From NCBI RefSeq assembly GCF_004010195.1, contig NC_057757.1, forward strand, positions 420,367 to 484,366: a DNA stretch of 64,000 nt. Direction: 5' to 3'. Each line of letters opens with the position of its first letter. Within the stretch, counting starts at the first letter, position 1. This document shows positions 49,071-61,440 of the stretch, in pieces. The DNA comes from Chiloscyllium plagiosum (taxonomy: Eukaryota). The position numbers were made by a program, and so were the translations under genes. A model generated the notes under the pieces. The model ran no database searches. It had not been told where the DNA came from and worked only from the letters and a program-made list of their open reading frames with translations.

Positions 49071-49695
49071 TTGAGCTTTACGCCAAAAATAACCAAAGCA
49101 TTAACATCATAACATGCATTAACTCGCCACATTCCTCTTCATAGCTGGGTACCAATTAACGGTCTTTCTTCATAGTTTTCTTTATAAGTGCATGTAGTTT
49201 TCTGATTTACTGCTGTCTCCCAATCCAAAGTCCTTTGTGTAAAAAAAAATCAAACTTTCTCTTCAAATTTTTAAATCCTTGTTTTAGTCCCTCCAGGTTT
49301 TGTTTTTGGAAGAGTGCAGCAGGAGACCATTAGGTCCATCTTCCATGTCTGTGCCAGTTCTGTGAAAGAGCTAAAGGTTGAAGTGTTTTGTTCCTAATCT
49401 CCCTCCTGGACTGGATTTCCAACTATTTTTAAGTGTTTGAATTGAGAATCGAAGAAACAATGGAGACTGAGGATGGAGGAGGGGGTATTTACAGGAGACG
49501 CAAAGAAAAACTATTAGTCATCGACATTCGGTCATCGTGTTTAGTCATAATGCACAAAAATATTCAACAATAAAAGTCAGAGAGATTTTAGTGCCCTTTT
49601 CCCAAAGACTGAGAAACCTGTTTGTTGACCACACACAAGATCAGTTAGGGGTGGCAAAATTCCGTGAAAGCCCAAGAGAAATGGGTTAGGTAGAA

Positions 49696-50721
49696 CTACT
49701 CGATGCATTTTCCTGTGGTCTCCTCACTCACCAGAGTTAGCACCTCAGGACAAGTCTGGACTGAAGCTGGAGAGCTCGATTTTGTGGGCAGGAGCAGAGT
49801 CGTCCGCACCAACTCCAGAGTCCCCTTGAAGTCCCAAAGGAAGCATGGGAACTTGTGCGAAGTGAGTTCCCACAACTCCTCTTTGCGCAGGCCATAGATA
49901 ACAGGGCTGATGCACTGTGCCAGGCTGAAGAAGGCAAAGTTCAGTACCTCAAAAAGAGTCTTGGTGCTCTGATCAAGCTTCCTGGCATGAGCCACTTGTT
50001 GCAAAATGAAGTTGATGAATGTTGGGATTATGTAGACTGCCAGCTGCACCCCATGCATTAAGATGGTGCTCCGTGCCCTCTTATTGCGCCGGTTCAGCAC
50101 ACCAATACGCTTACCTTCCACCAGAATTTTGTAGTAGCTGAAGAGAATAAGGACTGTACAGATACAGATCAGCAGGATTTTAGAAGTGTGTTTCATGCTG
50201 TAGCTGGAATGAAAGTTGGAGATTGAGCAGCTCGTGAACATTTGGCTGGGTTCTTTCCTCATATGCTGGGAGACCAGGATGAGAGGGATGACAGCTGAGA
50301 CCACCCAGGTCATGCTGCTAAGAATCCAGATTTTACATGGGGTGCAGAAGGAGCTGTACTTGAGCGGGTGACAGATGGCGAAGTATCGGTCAACCGCCAT
50401 CACGGTCAGGGTCAGGAGGATGGTAGAACCGCTCATCATCAGGAACATCAGGAGGATCAGGCAACACGAGGCTGACATGGCCACCTCCAGGTAAATGAGG
50501 AGATAGAAAGTGCTGCTCAGACCAAAGTAGATCAGACCGGATACCAAAAGATGGAACAGCAAAACAAACCTAGCTTGAGATCGCAGACGGTCCTCACTCA
50601 GAATGGTGTAATCAATTACGAGATTGAAGAAAGCCAGCAGAACAAAGGAGGTGACAGAAGCAAAGACCCTGATTTTGATCAGGTGCTCCCCGTTGATAGT
50701 GCTGTTCCCCGATTCATTCAT
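49696..50721 (-). CDS. Single-exon odorant-receptor-like class A GPCR (type 2 / 'OR131-2-like'), 341 aa from first ATG
   Basis: Uninterrupted ORF (the track start at 50739 is GTG; first ATG is 50721, MNESGNST with two N-glycosylation sequons). Seven hydrophobic stretches; MAVDRYFAICHPLKY (TM3), FSYYKI (TM5), KRARSTILMH (TM6), SPVIYGLR (TM7). Confidence 0.92.
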   Translation of the reverse strand: MNESGNSTINGEHLIKIRVFASVTSFVLLAFFNLVIDYTILSEDRLRSQARFVLLFHLLVSGLIYFGLSSTFYLLIYLEVAMSASCCLILLMFLMMSGSTILLTLTVMAVDRYFAICHPLKYSSFCTPCKIWILSSMTWVVSAVIPLILVSQHMRKEPSQMFTSCSISNFHSSYSMKHTSKILLICICTVLILFSYYKILVEGKRIGVLNRRNKRARSTILMHGVQLAVYIIPTFINFILQQVAHARKLDQSTKTLFEVLNFAFFSLAQCISPVIYGLRKEELWELTSHKFPCFLWDFKGTLELVRTTLLLPTKSSSPASVQTCPEVLTLVSEETTGKCIE

Positions 50722-50849
50722 TCTCAGACGCTTAAACACATTCGAGTGTCCGACATAACAGTGTTGTGTCTCAGATCAGAGCTGTCTCGAAACTAAACAA
50801 GCCTCTCCTTCCCCTGCTGGCTGCCTGGTACTCTTGCATTCTCTTACAG

Positions 50850-50881
50850 ACACAAGACACATACACACACACACACATACA
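50850..50881. repeat. (CA)n microsatellite just upstream of the OR-like gene
   Basis: acacaagacacatacacacacacacacataca. Confidence 0.7.
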
Positions 50882-51649
50882 ACGTTTCCGTTCTGTGCCT
50901 AACCACAATGGAACAACTTTAAGCCAGAAGTTAACTCTTTCAATGTCTCATCAGCACTTTGTGTGGTTTCATTGCCAATGCTGCACCATTGATTCCAGTA
51001 ATAGCAAGTGAACTGGTGCAATAGTTTAGGCACAGGCCTTCAACCTCTGAGTTCTGGATTCAAATTTCGGCTATAGAAGTGGTTCTCAAAGTCCGTGAGG
51101 GTCCCCTGGATGGCTCATGTGGGATTGGTACAAAACACATGTCACTAATACACAATGCAATGCCATGAGGTTGTACAAGAAAACAGGCTGAAACCTTTGA
51201 CCCCATTACTTGTCTGAGCTCTCAATGGCATGATGGTCTCATAAACACCGGCAACATCAAAAGAATTTTGCAACCAAGATTTACATTATTGTTACTACAC
51301 TCAATTGTCAGTTTGAATTTTCAACACTTCTGAAGCTGAACTTGGAGCCCCAGATGAGGCTGAAGAATCCCAGCATTCTATTGGTGTATCTTCCAAAGCC
51401 GCAATATCCCTCCCACTATCTCTAACGGGTTGTTTTGCATTGAAAGCCAGCATTGTAGCAGGGAGGGTGCAGTGTAAGTAGTCTGTAGGGATTTTTGCCT
51501 CCTAAGCAGATATAAAAATGTGTCAAAACACTAGCCCATGGTTACAGAGGAAAGCTCCTGTCTTACTTATTACCTCTAAGACATACAAAATCAGTTTGAC
51601 AATACTTTCCGTGATTAGAGCACCATTCACATAGTAAGACAATGCCCTT

Positions 51650-52670
51650 CAGTCTAGGCAACATCCTAGTAAATCTCCTCTGCACCCTCTCTACAGCTTC
51701 CACATTTTTCCTCTAATGAGGCAACTAGAACTGAACACAATATTCCAAGTGTGGTCTATCCAGGGCTCTGTAGTGCTGCAGCATGACCCCGGGACTCTTA
51801 AACACAATCCCCCGCTAATGAAAGCCTACACACCACACGCCTTCTTAAAACTCTATCAGCTTGGGGGGGGGCAACTTTGAGGGATCTATGGACATGGATC
51901 CCAAGATCCCTCTCTTCCTCCACACAGCCAAGAATCTTGCCTTTAACCCTGTTTTCTGCAGTCAAATTCATTCTTCCAAATTAATCACTTCACACTTTTT
52001 CAGGTTGAACTCCATCTGCCACTTATCAGCCCAGCTCTGCATCCTGACATATCCTGTTGCAATCTACACAACTCTCCATACTATCCACCGCTCTACCAAT
52101 CTTTGTGTCATTGGCAAACTTACTAACTCACCCTTCCACTTCCTCAGCCAAGTCATTTACAAATATCACAAACAGCAGAGGTCCCAGAACCAATCCCTGC
52201 GGAACACCACTGGTCACCAAGCTCCAAGCTTGAATACTTTCCATCTACAGAGGAACCTCGATTATCCAAAGGACATGGGCAGGGAGTATTTCGTTCAGTT
52301 AATAGAATTCCGGATAATCGAATACTGGATAACACAGTTTAGCGAACATTGGAACATTGTGATCTTGCCGGATAATCCAATATTCAGATAATCGAATGCC
52401 ATATAATCGAGGCTCCTCTGTACTACCACCCGTTGGTTTCTATGGGCCAGCCATTTCTGTATCCAGTCAGCCAGATTTCCCTGTCTCCCATGCCTCCTTA
52501 CTTTCTGAACGAGCCTACCATGGGAACCTTATCAAGCTCCCTGCTAAAATCCATGTACACCACATCCACTGCTCTACCTACAACAATGTGTTTTGTCATG
52601 TCCTCAAGAATTCAATAAGATTTGTGAGGCATGACCTGCTCCTCACAAAGCCATGCTGACTATATCCAAT
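51650..52670 (-). mobile_element. CR1 RT fragment interrupted by a MITE
   Basis: Reverse complement encodes QHGFVRSRSCLTNLIEF and GVPQGLVLGP-like motifs. Confidence 0.8.
52248..52420. mobile_element. 173-bp Tc1/mariner-pogo (Tigger-like) MITE
   Basis: TIRs CAGAGGAACCTCGATTAT / ATAATCGAGGCTCCTCTG (1 mismatch); TA duplicated at 52246-47 and 52421-22; internal GATAATC repeats. Confidence 0.88.
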
Positions 52671-52727
52671 CATGATTTGGAAATGCCGATGTTGGACTGG
52701 GGTGTACAAAGTTAAAAATCATACAAC

Positions 52728-55700
52728 TGGTTGGTTAGTTGAATAAGATGATAGAGAAGTACTAACAATTGTTTAACTCATAAATTTGTATAAATTAATT
52801 AAATAAGTAGAGATGGCGAGAGATAGCTGAATTATGTGGGAGCTGGCTGATCCCATTGGGAACGGCAGTGACCACATCTGCAGCAAATGTTGGTTGCTGG
52901 AAGAACTCCAGATCAGAATTGATGATCCAGAATCTGAGCTTCAAACACTGCAGCACATCCGGGAGGGGGAGAGTTACCTGGACGCTTTGTTTCAGGAGGC
53001 AGTCACACCCGGCAGATTAAGTAATTCAAATTCAGTCAATCACGAACAACAGGGTTTGACTGTAAGTGAGGCAGGTAGGGGGATTCTGAGGTCAGGAGTG
53101 GAGGAGCCTCAGCCCTCGACCTTGTCCAGCAGGTATGAGATTCTTGCTCCCTGTATGGATGAGGAAAAGGGCTGTGGACAGGATGAGCCAGCTGACCAAG
53201 GCACCATGGTGCAGAAGGCCATTCAAGAGGGGGGAGCAAAAAGACAAGTAGTTGTTATAGGGGATTCTATAATTAGGGGGACAGATAGTATCCTTTGTGA
53301 GCCAGATCGGGAGTCCTGCATGGTGTGTTGCCTGCCTGCTGCCAGGGTGCAGGACATCTCTGAACGGCTTGAAAGGATATTGTAGCAGGAAGGGGAGGAT
53401 GCAGGTGTTGTGGTCCACGTTGGCACAACAACATAGGCAAGGCTAGGAAGGAGGACCTGTTTGAGGATTATCAAGCACGAGGAAGGAAATCGAAGAACAG
53501 GTCCTCAAAGGTCATAATCTCTGGATTACTGCCCGAGCCATGTGCTAATTGGCATAGGGATAAGAAAATTAGGGAAGTAAACATTTGGCTAAGAGATTGG
53601 TGTGGGAAAGGGGGCTTCCATTTTATGGGACATTGGCATCAGTTTTGGAACCAGGGTGATCTGTACTGATGGGATGGTCTCCACCTGAACCAATCTGCAT
53701 CCAGTGTTCTGGCGAAAAGGATAAATAGGGTGGTCACTAGGACTTTAAACTTACGAGTCGGGGCGGGGGGAGGGAAAGGGAAAGTAACAGGGAGCATGGA
53801 ATCAAATAGAAAGATATAATTCTGGTCAAACTTGAAGGGGTTCAGAAAAGATTTACAAGGATGTTGCCAGGGTTGGACAATTTGAGCTATGGGGAAAGGC
53901 TGAACAGGCTAGGGCTGTTTTCCCTGGAGTGTCGGAGCCTGAGGGGTGACTTTATTGAGGCTTACAAAATTATAAGGGGCATGGATAGGTTAAATAGACA
54001 AGGTCTTTTCCCTGGGATGGGGGAGTCCAGAACTAGAGGGCATAGGTTTAGGGTGAGAGGGGAAAGATATAAAAGGGACCTAAGGGGCAACTTTTTCACG
54101 CAGAGGGTGGTACGTTTATGGAATGAGCTGCCAGAGGAAGTGGTGGAGGCTGGTACAATTGCAACATTTACAAGGTATTTGGGTATATGAATAGGAAGGG
54201 TTTGGAGGGATATGGGCAGGGTGCTGGCAGGTGGGACTAGATTGGGTAGGGATATCTTGTCGGCATGGACGGGTTGGACTGAAGGGTCTGTTTCCATGTT
54301 ATACATGACTCTATAAGCAGCAGGTTAGCATCTGTGCAGGGTTTAAGTTCAAGACAGACTAGGAAATGAAGCAAAAAGGAAGGATAACTTAGGTAGAGGT
54401 GATGGAAATCATGAGGATAAGAAAACTAGAATTAAGCTGATTTCCCTGAATGCTCGAAGCATTCGAAACAAAGTAGATGAATTAACAGCACAAATCATCG
54501 TAAATGATTATGATGAGGTAGGCATCACAGAAACGTGCTTGCAGGGGGTTCAGGACTGGCATTTAAACATCCAACTGATTTACAAGTGATCAAAAAGACA
54601 GGGAGGCAGGCAGAGAGGAGGTTGCCCCGTTAGTTAGGAATGAAATTAAATCTATGGCATTAAATGATATAGGGTCAGATGATGTGGAGTCTGTTTGGGT
54701 GGAGTTGAGGAACCACAAAGGCAAAAAATGAGAGTTACGTACAGACCTCCCAGCAGTGGTCAGGACCAGAGGCGCAAGATGTACCAGGAAATAGATAGGG
54801 CATGTCAGAAAGGTAAGGTCACGATGATCATGGGGGACTTCAATATGCAAATGGACTGGGTGAATTATGTTGCCGGTGGATCCAAAGAAAGGGAATTCAT
54901 GGAATGCTTACAGGATGCATTTTTGGAACAGCTTTTGATGGAGCCCACAAGGGAGCAGGCTATCCTGGACTTAGTACTTTGTAACGAGCCAGACTTTATA
55001 AAAGATCTTAAAGTCAGGGAACACTTAGGAGGCATCGATTATGATATGTTGGAATTTAGTCTGCAGTTCGAGAGCGAGAAGGCAAAATCAGATGTAATGG
55101 TGTTACAGTTAATAAAGATAACTACAAGGGCTTGAGAGAGGAATTGACGAAAATTGAGTGGAAGCAGAGCCTAGTGCTGAAGACAGTAGAGCAACAATGG
55201 CAGGAGTTTCTGGGTGTAATTGAGGACACAGTACAGAGCTACATCCCAAAGAAAAGAAAGATTATCCAGGGGGGGATTAGACAACCATGGCTGATGAAGG
55301 AACTCAGGAAACGTATCACAGAAAAAGAGAGAGCCTATAAAGTGGTCAAGAGCACTGGGAAATCAGAAGATTGGGAAGACTACAAAAACAAACAAAGGAT
55401 TACAAAGAGAGAAATAAGGAGGGAGAGGATCAAATATGAAGGTAAGCTAGCCAGTAATATTAGTAATGATAGTAAAAGTTTATTTCAATACATAAAAAAC
55501 AAACAAGAGGTAAAAGTAGAGATTGAGCCACTCCAATTTAATGCAGGAAGGCTAGTGATGGGAGAAAAGGAAATAGCTGAAGAACTTAATAAATACTTTG
55601 TATCAGTCTTCACAGTGGAAGACGTGAGTAATATCCCAACAATTAAGGAGAATCAAGGGGCAGAGTCGAGTATGGTGGCCATTACAAAGGAAAAAGAACT

Positions 55701-57290
55701 TGATAAGTTAAAAGATCTATGAACTGATAAATTTCCTGGCTCGGATGGGCTACATCCTAGAGTTCTGAGGGAGGTGGCTGAGGAAATAGAGGAGGCATTG
55801 GTTGTGATCTTTCAAAAATCACTGGAGTCAAGGAAAGTCCCAGATGATTGGAAAATTGCTGTTGTAACCCTCTTGTTCAAGAAAGGATCAAGACAAAAGA
55901 TACAAAATTATAGGTCGATTAGCCTAACCTTGGTTATAGGTAAAATTCTAGAATCCATCGTGAAGGATGAGATTTCTAAATTCTTGAAAGTACAGGGTCA
56001 AATTAAAACAAGTCAGTATGGATTTAGTAAGGGGTGGTCGTGTCTGACAAACCTGTTAGAATTCTTTGAAGGGGTAACAAGTAGGTTAGACAGGGAAACC
56101 CAGTGGATGTTATCTACCTAGACTTCCAAAAGGCCTTAGATAATGTGCCTCACGGAAGGCTGCTAAGTAAGGTGAGGGCCCATGGTGTTGGAGGTGAGCT
56201 ATTGGCATGGATTGAGGATTGGCTGTCTGACAGAAGGCAGAGAGTTGTGATAAAAGGTTCTTTTTCGGAATAGCAGCTGGTGATAAGTGGTGTCCTGCAG
56301 GATCAGTATTGGGGCCCCAGCTGTTCAATTTATATATAAATGATCTGGACGAAGAGACTGGGGGCATTCTGGCAAAGTTCGCCAATGATACAAGGTTAGG
56401 TGGACATGCAGGTAGCTCTCAGGAGGCGGGGAGGCTGCAGAAAGATTTAGACAGTTCAGGAGAATGGTCCAAGAAATGGCTGATGAAATGCAATGTGAGC
56501 ATTACAAGATCTTTGGAAAAAAGAACTCAGGCAAGGACTATTTTATAAATGGTGAGAAAATTCATCAAGCCAAAGTACAAAGGGATAAGGGAGTGCTTGT
56601 CCAGAATTCTCTAAAGGTTGACTTGCAGTCCATGGTTAAGAAAGCAAATGTAATGTTGTCATTTATTTTAAGAGGGTTGGAATGTAAAAACAGTAAGGTG
56701 CTACTAAAACTTTATAAAGCTCTGGTTAGGCCCTGCTTAGAATACTGTGTCCAGTTTTGGGCCCCTATCACCTCAGGAAGGACATACTGGCACTGGAACA
56801 TGTCCAGCAGAGATTCACACGGATGATCCCTGGAAAGGTAGGCCTAACATATGATGAACGGTTGAGGATCCTGGGATTGTATTCATTAGAGTTCAGGGTT
56901 GAGGGGCAACCTAATAGAAACTTACAAGGTAATGCATGGCTTAGAAAGGGTGGATGCTGGGAAACTGTTTCCGTCAGGTGGGGATACTAGGACTCGTGGG
57001 CACAGCCTTAGACTTAGAGGGGGTCAATTTAGGACGGAAATGAGGAGACATTTCTTCAGCCAGAGAGTGATGGGCATGTGAAATTCACTGCCACAGAGTG
57101 CAGTGGAGGCTAGGATGTTAAATGTCTTCAAGGCAGAGATTGATAAATTCTTAATCTCGCAAGGAATTAAGGGATACAGGGAGAGTGTGAGTAAGTGGCA
57201 TTGAAATGCCCATCAGCCATGATTGAATGGTGGAATGGACTCAATGGCTGAATGGCCTTACTTCCACTCCTATTTCTTTTGTTCTTATGT
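52728..57290 (+). mobile_element. Near full-length decayed CR1 LINE: ORF1 (Zn finger, coiled coil, SGNH esterase) and ORF2 (APE + RT), with a nested CR1 3' fragment at about 53820-54312
   Basis: HICSKC...VVVIGDSIIRG...VCCLPAARV (ORF1); LNARSIRNK, VGITET, IMGDFN, ILDLVL, NYRSISLT, LEYCVQFWAP (ORF2); several stops and frameshifts. Confidence 0.92.
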
Positions 57291-57840
57291 TTACACTCAC
57301 ACTCAAACACATACACACACTCTCTCAGAGACACTCATAATACACACCCCCACTGCACACTCAGATGCGCACACGCGCGTGCACACACACACACACAAGT
57401 TTGTGGAGTGAATTTGTACTTGCAGAATTAAATTTTACTTTGCTCAAAAACTGCATGAATCCATGTAAGATTCTGTAAATCCATTTTTAAAATCAGTCTG
57501 ACCATTGTGGCACAGACAGCTCAGGCAGGAAGCTCACACCTTCAATACATTATCTGAACCGACATGACACCAATTTTAAAGTTCACTTGAGAATGTAACG
57601 TTTAAAAAAAGCTTTGTGATTTACATATGAAAGAACTGAAACCAACATGGTCATTCTAAAAGATGAGAGACTTAATGAACAATCCAAGTCTTTTTCAATA
57701 TATAATTTTAGTTTGCTATAAATTTTGAGTCGTACAATCTTATTCTCCACAACCACCTGATGAAGGAACACCGCTCCAAAAGCTAGTGCTTCCAAATGAA
57801 CCCTTTTGGACTATAACCTGGTGTTGTGTGATCTTTAACT
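57291..57840 (+). mobile_element. Penelope-type repeat with CA-rich tract and degenerate hammerhead core at 57754-57788
   Basis: cac-CTGATGA-a-ggaacaccgctcc-AAAA-GC-TA-gtg (GAAA mutated); homologous to 45722-45862. Confidence 0.55.
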
Positions 57841-58964
57841 ATCTCTGATCAAGCTGTGGTTTTCCAAGTAATCATAAATCCTGTCTCTCAAAATCGTCTC
57901 CAATAATTTGATACAGGTATACAGGATGATGAAAGGCATAGATAGAGTGGATGCCAGAGACGTATTCCCAGAGTGGAAATAGCTGTCACGAGGGTGCATA
58001 ATCGTAAGGTGATTGGAGGAAGGTTTAGGGGAGATGTCATCGGTAGGTTCTTTACACAGTGTGGTGGGAGTGTACAGTCAGATACATTAGGAACTTTTAG
58101 GCAACTCTTGGATAGGCACATGGAAGATAGTACAATGAAGGGTACATAGGTTAGTTTAATCTTAGAATAAGATAAAAGGTTGGCACAACATCAAGGACCA
58201 AAGGGCCTGTACTGTTCTATCTTCTAAAACAGCTCAAAGTACTATACAGGAATGATTATCAGAAACAATTTGACATTCAGCCACCGTAAGGAGATATTAA
58301 GACAGATAAAAGCTGGGGTTTAGAGGAAGTTTTTAAAAGCCTTTCAGTATGGCAATGCCCACTTGGTAAACTGAATATATTTCCATTTCTGCTATTTAAA
58401 TATGGTCTCCAAGACCCAGAGATGTGCAGGAAGCTTCATTCTCTATCTAACTCCATGGTAGAAGCTGTTCTGGAAGTGTTTGATGTGGGCAGATGAGAAA
58501 GAGCTTCCTCTGTATCTAACCCTGGGTTATACCTGCCTGGGAGTGTTTGATGGGGACAATGAGAAAAGGGTTTTACTGAGCCATGAAATCATTTGGCAAT
58601 TGCTTTCACAAGAGGAATAGTACTAAGGAAGCATTTTACTGAGGGACCACTGCATTCCCATCTGGAAGCAAACTGAGGAGTTAACATAATGATAGAAATT
58701 AAGAACTTTTCATTGTCAAATAGAATATGTTTACCAAGTTATAGAGATGTTTGAGGTCAGACAAGATCCAAATAACGCACAGGTATGCTAACACACTGGA
58801 CTGATAGATATTGGATAACAAGGCCAACATTAATTATAGAATCATAGAATTTTACAGTATTGGCCTACATTTGGCCTATATTGTCAATACTCGATCTTGA
58901 AAGAACTACCCAGCTATTGCCATTTTCCAGTTCTATCTTCGTAGCCTCTAAGTTCATCAACAAA

Positions 58965-61440
58965 GAACATTACAGAGCAAGAACAGGTCCTTTGGCCCTC
59001 TAAGCCTGCACTGATCCATATCCTCAATCTAAATCTACTGTCTATTTTCTAAGGATCTGTATCCCTTTGCTCCCTGCCCATTCATGTATCTGTCTAGATA
59101 CATCTTAAATGACGCTATCATTCCCACCCCTACATCTCCGCTGTCAATGCATTCCGGGCACCCACCACCCTCTGTGTAAAAGAACTTTCCACATATACCT
59201 CTCCTACACTTTTCCCCTCTCACTTTAAACTCGTGACACCTAGTAATTGATTCTCCCACTCTGGGAAAAAGTTTTTTGCTATTCACCCTGTCTACACCTC
59301 TCATGGTTTTATAGGCCTCAATCAGGTTCCCCCTTCTTTCCAAGGAAAATAATCCTAATCTACTCAACCTCTCCTCATATTTAGTATCCTCCATACCAGG
59401 CAACATCCCGGTGAACCTCTTCTGCACCCTCTCCAAAGCAGCCACATCCTTTTGGTAATATGGTGACCAGAACTGTACGCAGTATACTAAATGTGGCCGA
59501 ACCAAAGTCTTATACAATTGTAACATGACCTGCCAACTCTTGTACTCAATACCCCGTCCGATGAAGGAAAGCATGTCGTGTACCTTCTTGACCACTCTAC
59601 TGACCTGCGTTGCCGCCTTCAGGGAACAATGAACTTGAACACCCAGATCTCTCTGTACATCAATTTCCCCCAGGACATTTCCATTTACCATATAGTTCGC
59701 TCTGGAATTGCATCTTCCAAAATGCATCATCTCGCATTTGTCCGGATTGAATTGCATCTGCCATTCTCTGCCCAACTCTCCAATCTAGGCTCTGCTGTAT
59801 TATCTGGCAGAGAAAATGAGGTCTGCCGATGCTGGAGTCAGAGATGGAAATGTGTTGCTGGAGAAGCGCAGCAGGTCAGGCAGCATCTAGGGAACAGGAG
59901 AATCGACGTTTCGGGCATTAGCCCTTCGCAGTCCCCTTCACTACCTGCTACTCCACCAATCGTAGTGTCATCTGCAAGCTTGCTAATGAGGCAGCCTACA
60001 TACCTTCCTCCAAATCATTTATGTATGTCACAAACAACAGTGGTCCCAGCATGGATCCCTGTGGAACACCACTGGTCACAAGTCTCCATTTTGAGAAGCT
60101 CCTTTCCACTACTACTCTCTGTCTCCTGTTGCCCAACCAGTTCTCTATCCATCTAGCTAGAACACCCTGGACCCCATGCGACTTCACCTTTTTCATAAGC
60201 CTACCATGTGGAACCTTGTCAAACGCCTTACTAAAGTCCACGTATATGACATCTACATCCCTTTCTTCATCAATCAACTTTGTCACGTCTTCAAAGAATT
60301 CTATTAGGTTTGTAAAACATGACCTTCCCTGCACAAAACCATTGTCTTCCAAATTCACTTTCAAATATATATCCCATTCTCTTTGAAATCTTGTACAGAA
60401 TCTGCTTCCACCACTCTCCCAAGCAGCACATCCAATCCTAACAACTTTCTAAGGAAACAAGTGTCTCCTCATTTCACTCCAAGCTCTCTTGCCAACAATT
60501 TTAAATTAGACTCCTGGTTACTTACATACCAACTTGTGGGAGCAGAATGTTCTTCTTTACCCTGTCAAAATGGTTCATAATTTTGAACATTTCATTTAAT
60601 AAAGTCATCCCTTAAGCTTCCTGCTCTATGGAGAGTAGCCCCGATTTCTCTATTCTTTTCTTGCATCTGAAATCCCTCATTCCTGGTATCATTCTTGTAA
60701 ACCTTTTTGCACTTCCTCCAGGGCTTTAACATCTTTCTTTAAATAGAGTACCCAGAACTGAATACAATACCCCAAATGTGGTCTGACCAATGATTTGTAG
60801 AGGGGGAACATCACTTCCTTGCTTTTACACTCTATGCCTCAGTTTATAAACCCAAGGATCCTATAAGCCTTAACAATGGTTTCAACTTGCCTGGCCACCT
60901 TAAGGATTATGCACTTGAACCCAGAGGTCCCTCTGCTCCTGTATTCCCCTCAAAGTTGCACCATTGAGTGTGTATTTCTCTCTGACTTTCTTCTACCAAA
61001 CTGCATTGCCTCATGTTTTTCTGCATTGAAATTCATCTGCCAGGTGTCTGCTCATTTAGCCAATTTGTCAATATCTCTCTGAAGTCGCTCAGTGTCACCC
61101 TCGCAATTCACAATTTCCTCCAAGCTTAGTATCATCTGCAAATTTAGAGACTTTTCCCTCAATACTTATCACCAAATCATTTATATAAATCAGAAACGTA
61201 AGGATCCCAACACCAATCCATGGAGAATAGCACTTACAACATATCTCCAGTCTGAGAAATACCCAACTATACCTATCCTGTTTCCCATCTTTTAACTAAC
61301 TTCTAATCCATGCTGCCAAGGACCCATCAATCCCAAACATTTGCATTTTGCAAACCAACCTGCCATTTAGCACAGTATCAAATGCTTTCTGAAAATCCAA
61401 ATATACAACATCCACTGCGTGTGTCACCTTATTAAAGAAC
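58965..61440 (-). mobile_element. Two tandem CR1 fragments (58965-60340 younger, interrupted by the mini-element at 59810-59927; 60360-61440 older)
   Basis: 246-aa minus ORF WQMQFNPDKC...[29 protein letters not shown]...[10 protein letters not shown]. Confidence 0.88.

Noticed and set aside
50722..50739. N-terminal MFKRLR extension of the GPCR in the ORF track
   Set aside because: Starts at GTG; the first ATG is 50721, and an in-frame stop lies upstream with no earlier in-frame ATG
51077..51375. hAT-like terminus (agtggttctcaaa)
   Set aside because: No convincing matching TIR or 8-bp TSD found
52834..57081. Active or domesticated RT/esterase gene
   Set aside because: Multiple stops, frameshifts and a nested insertion indicate a decayed CR1
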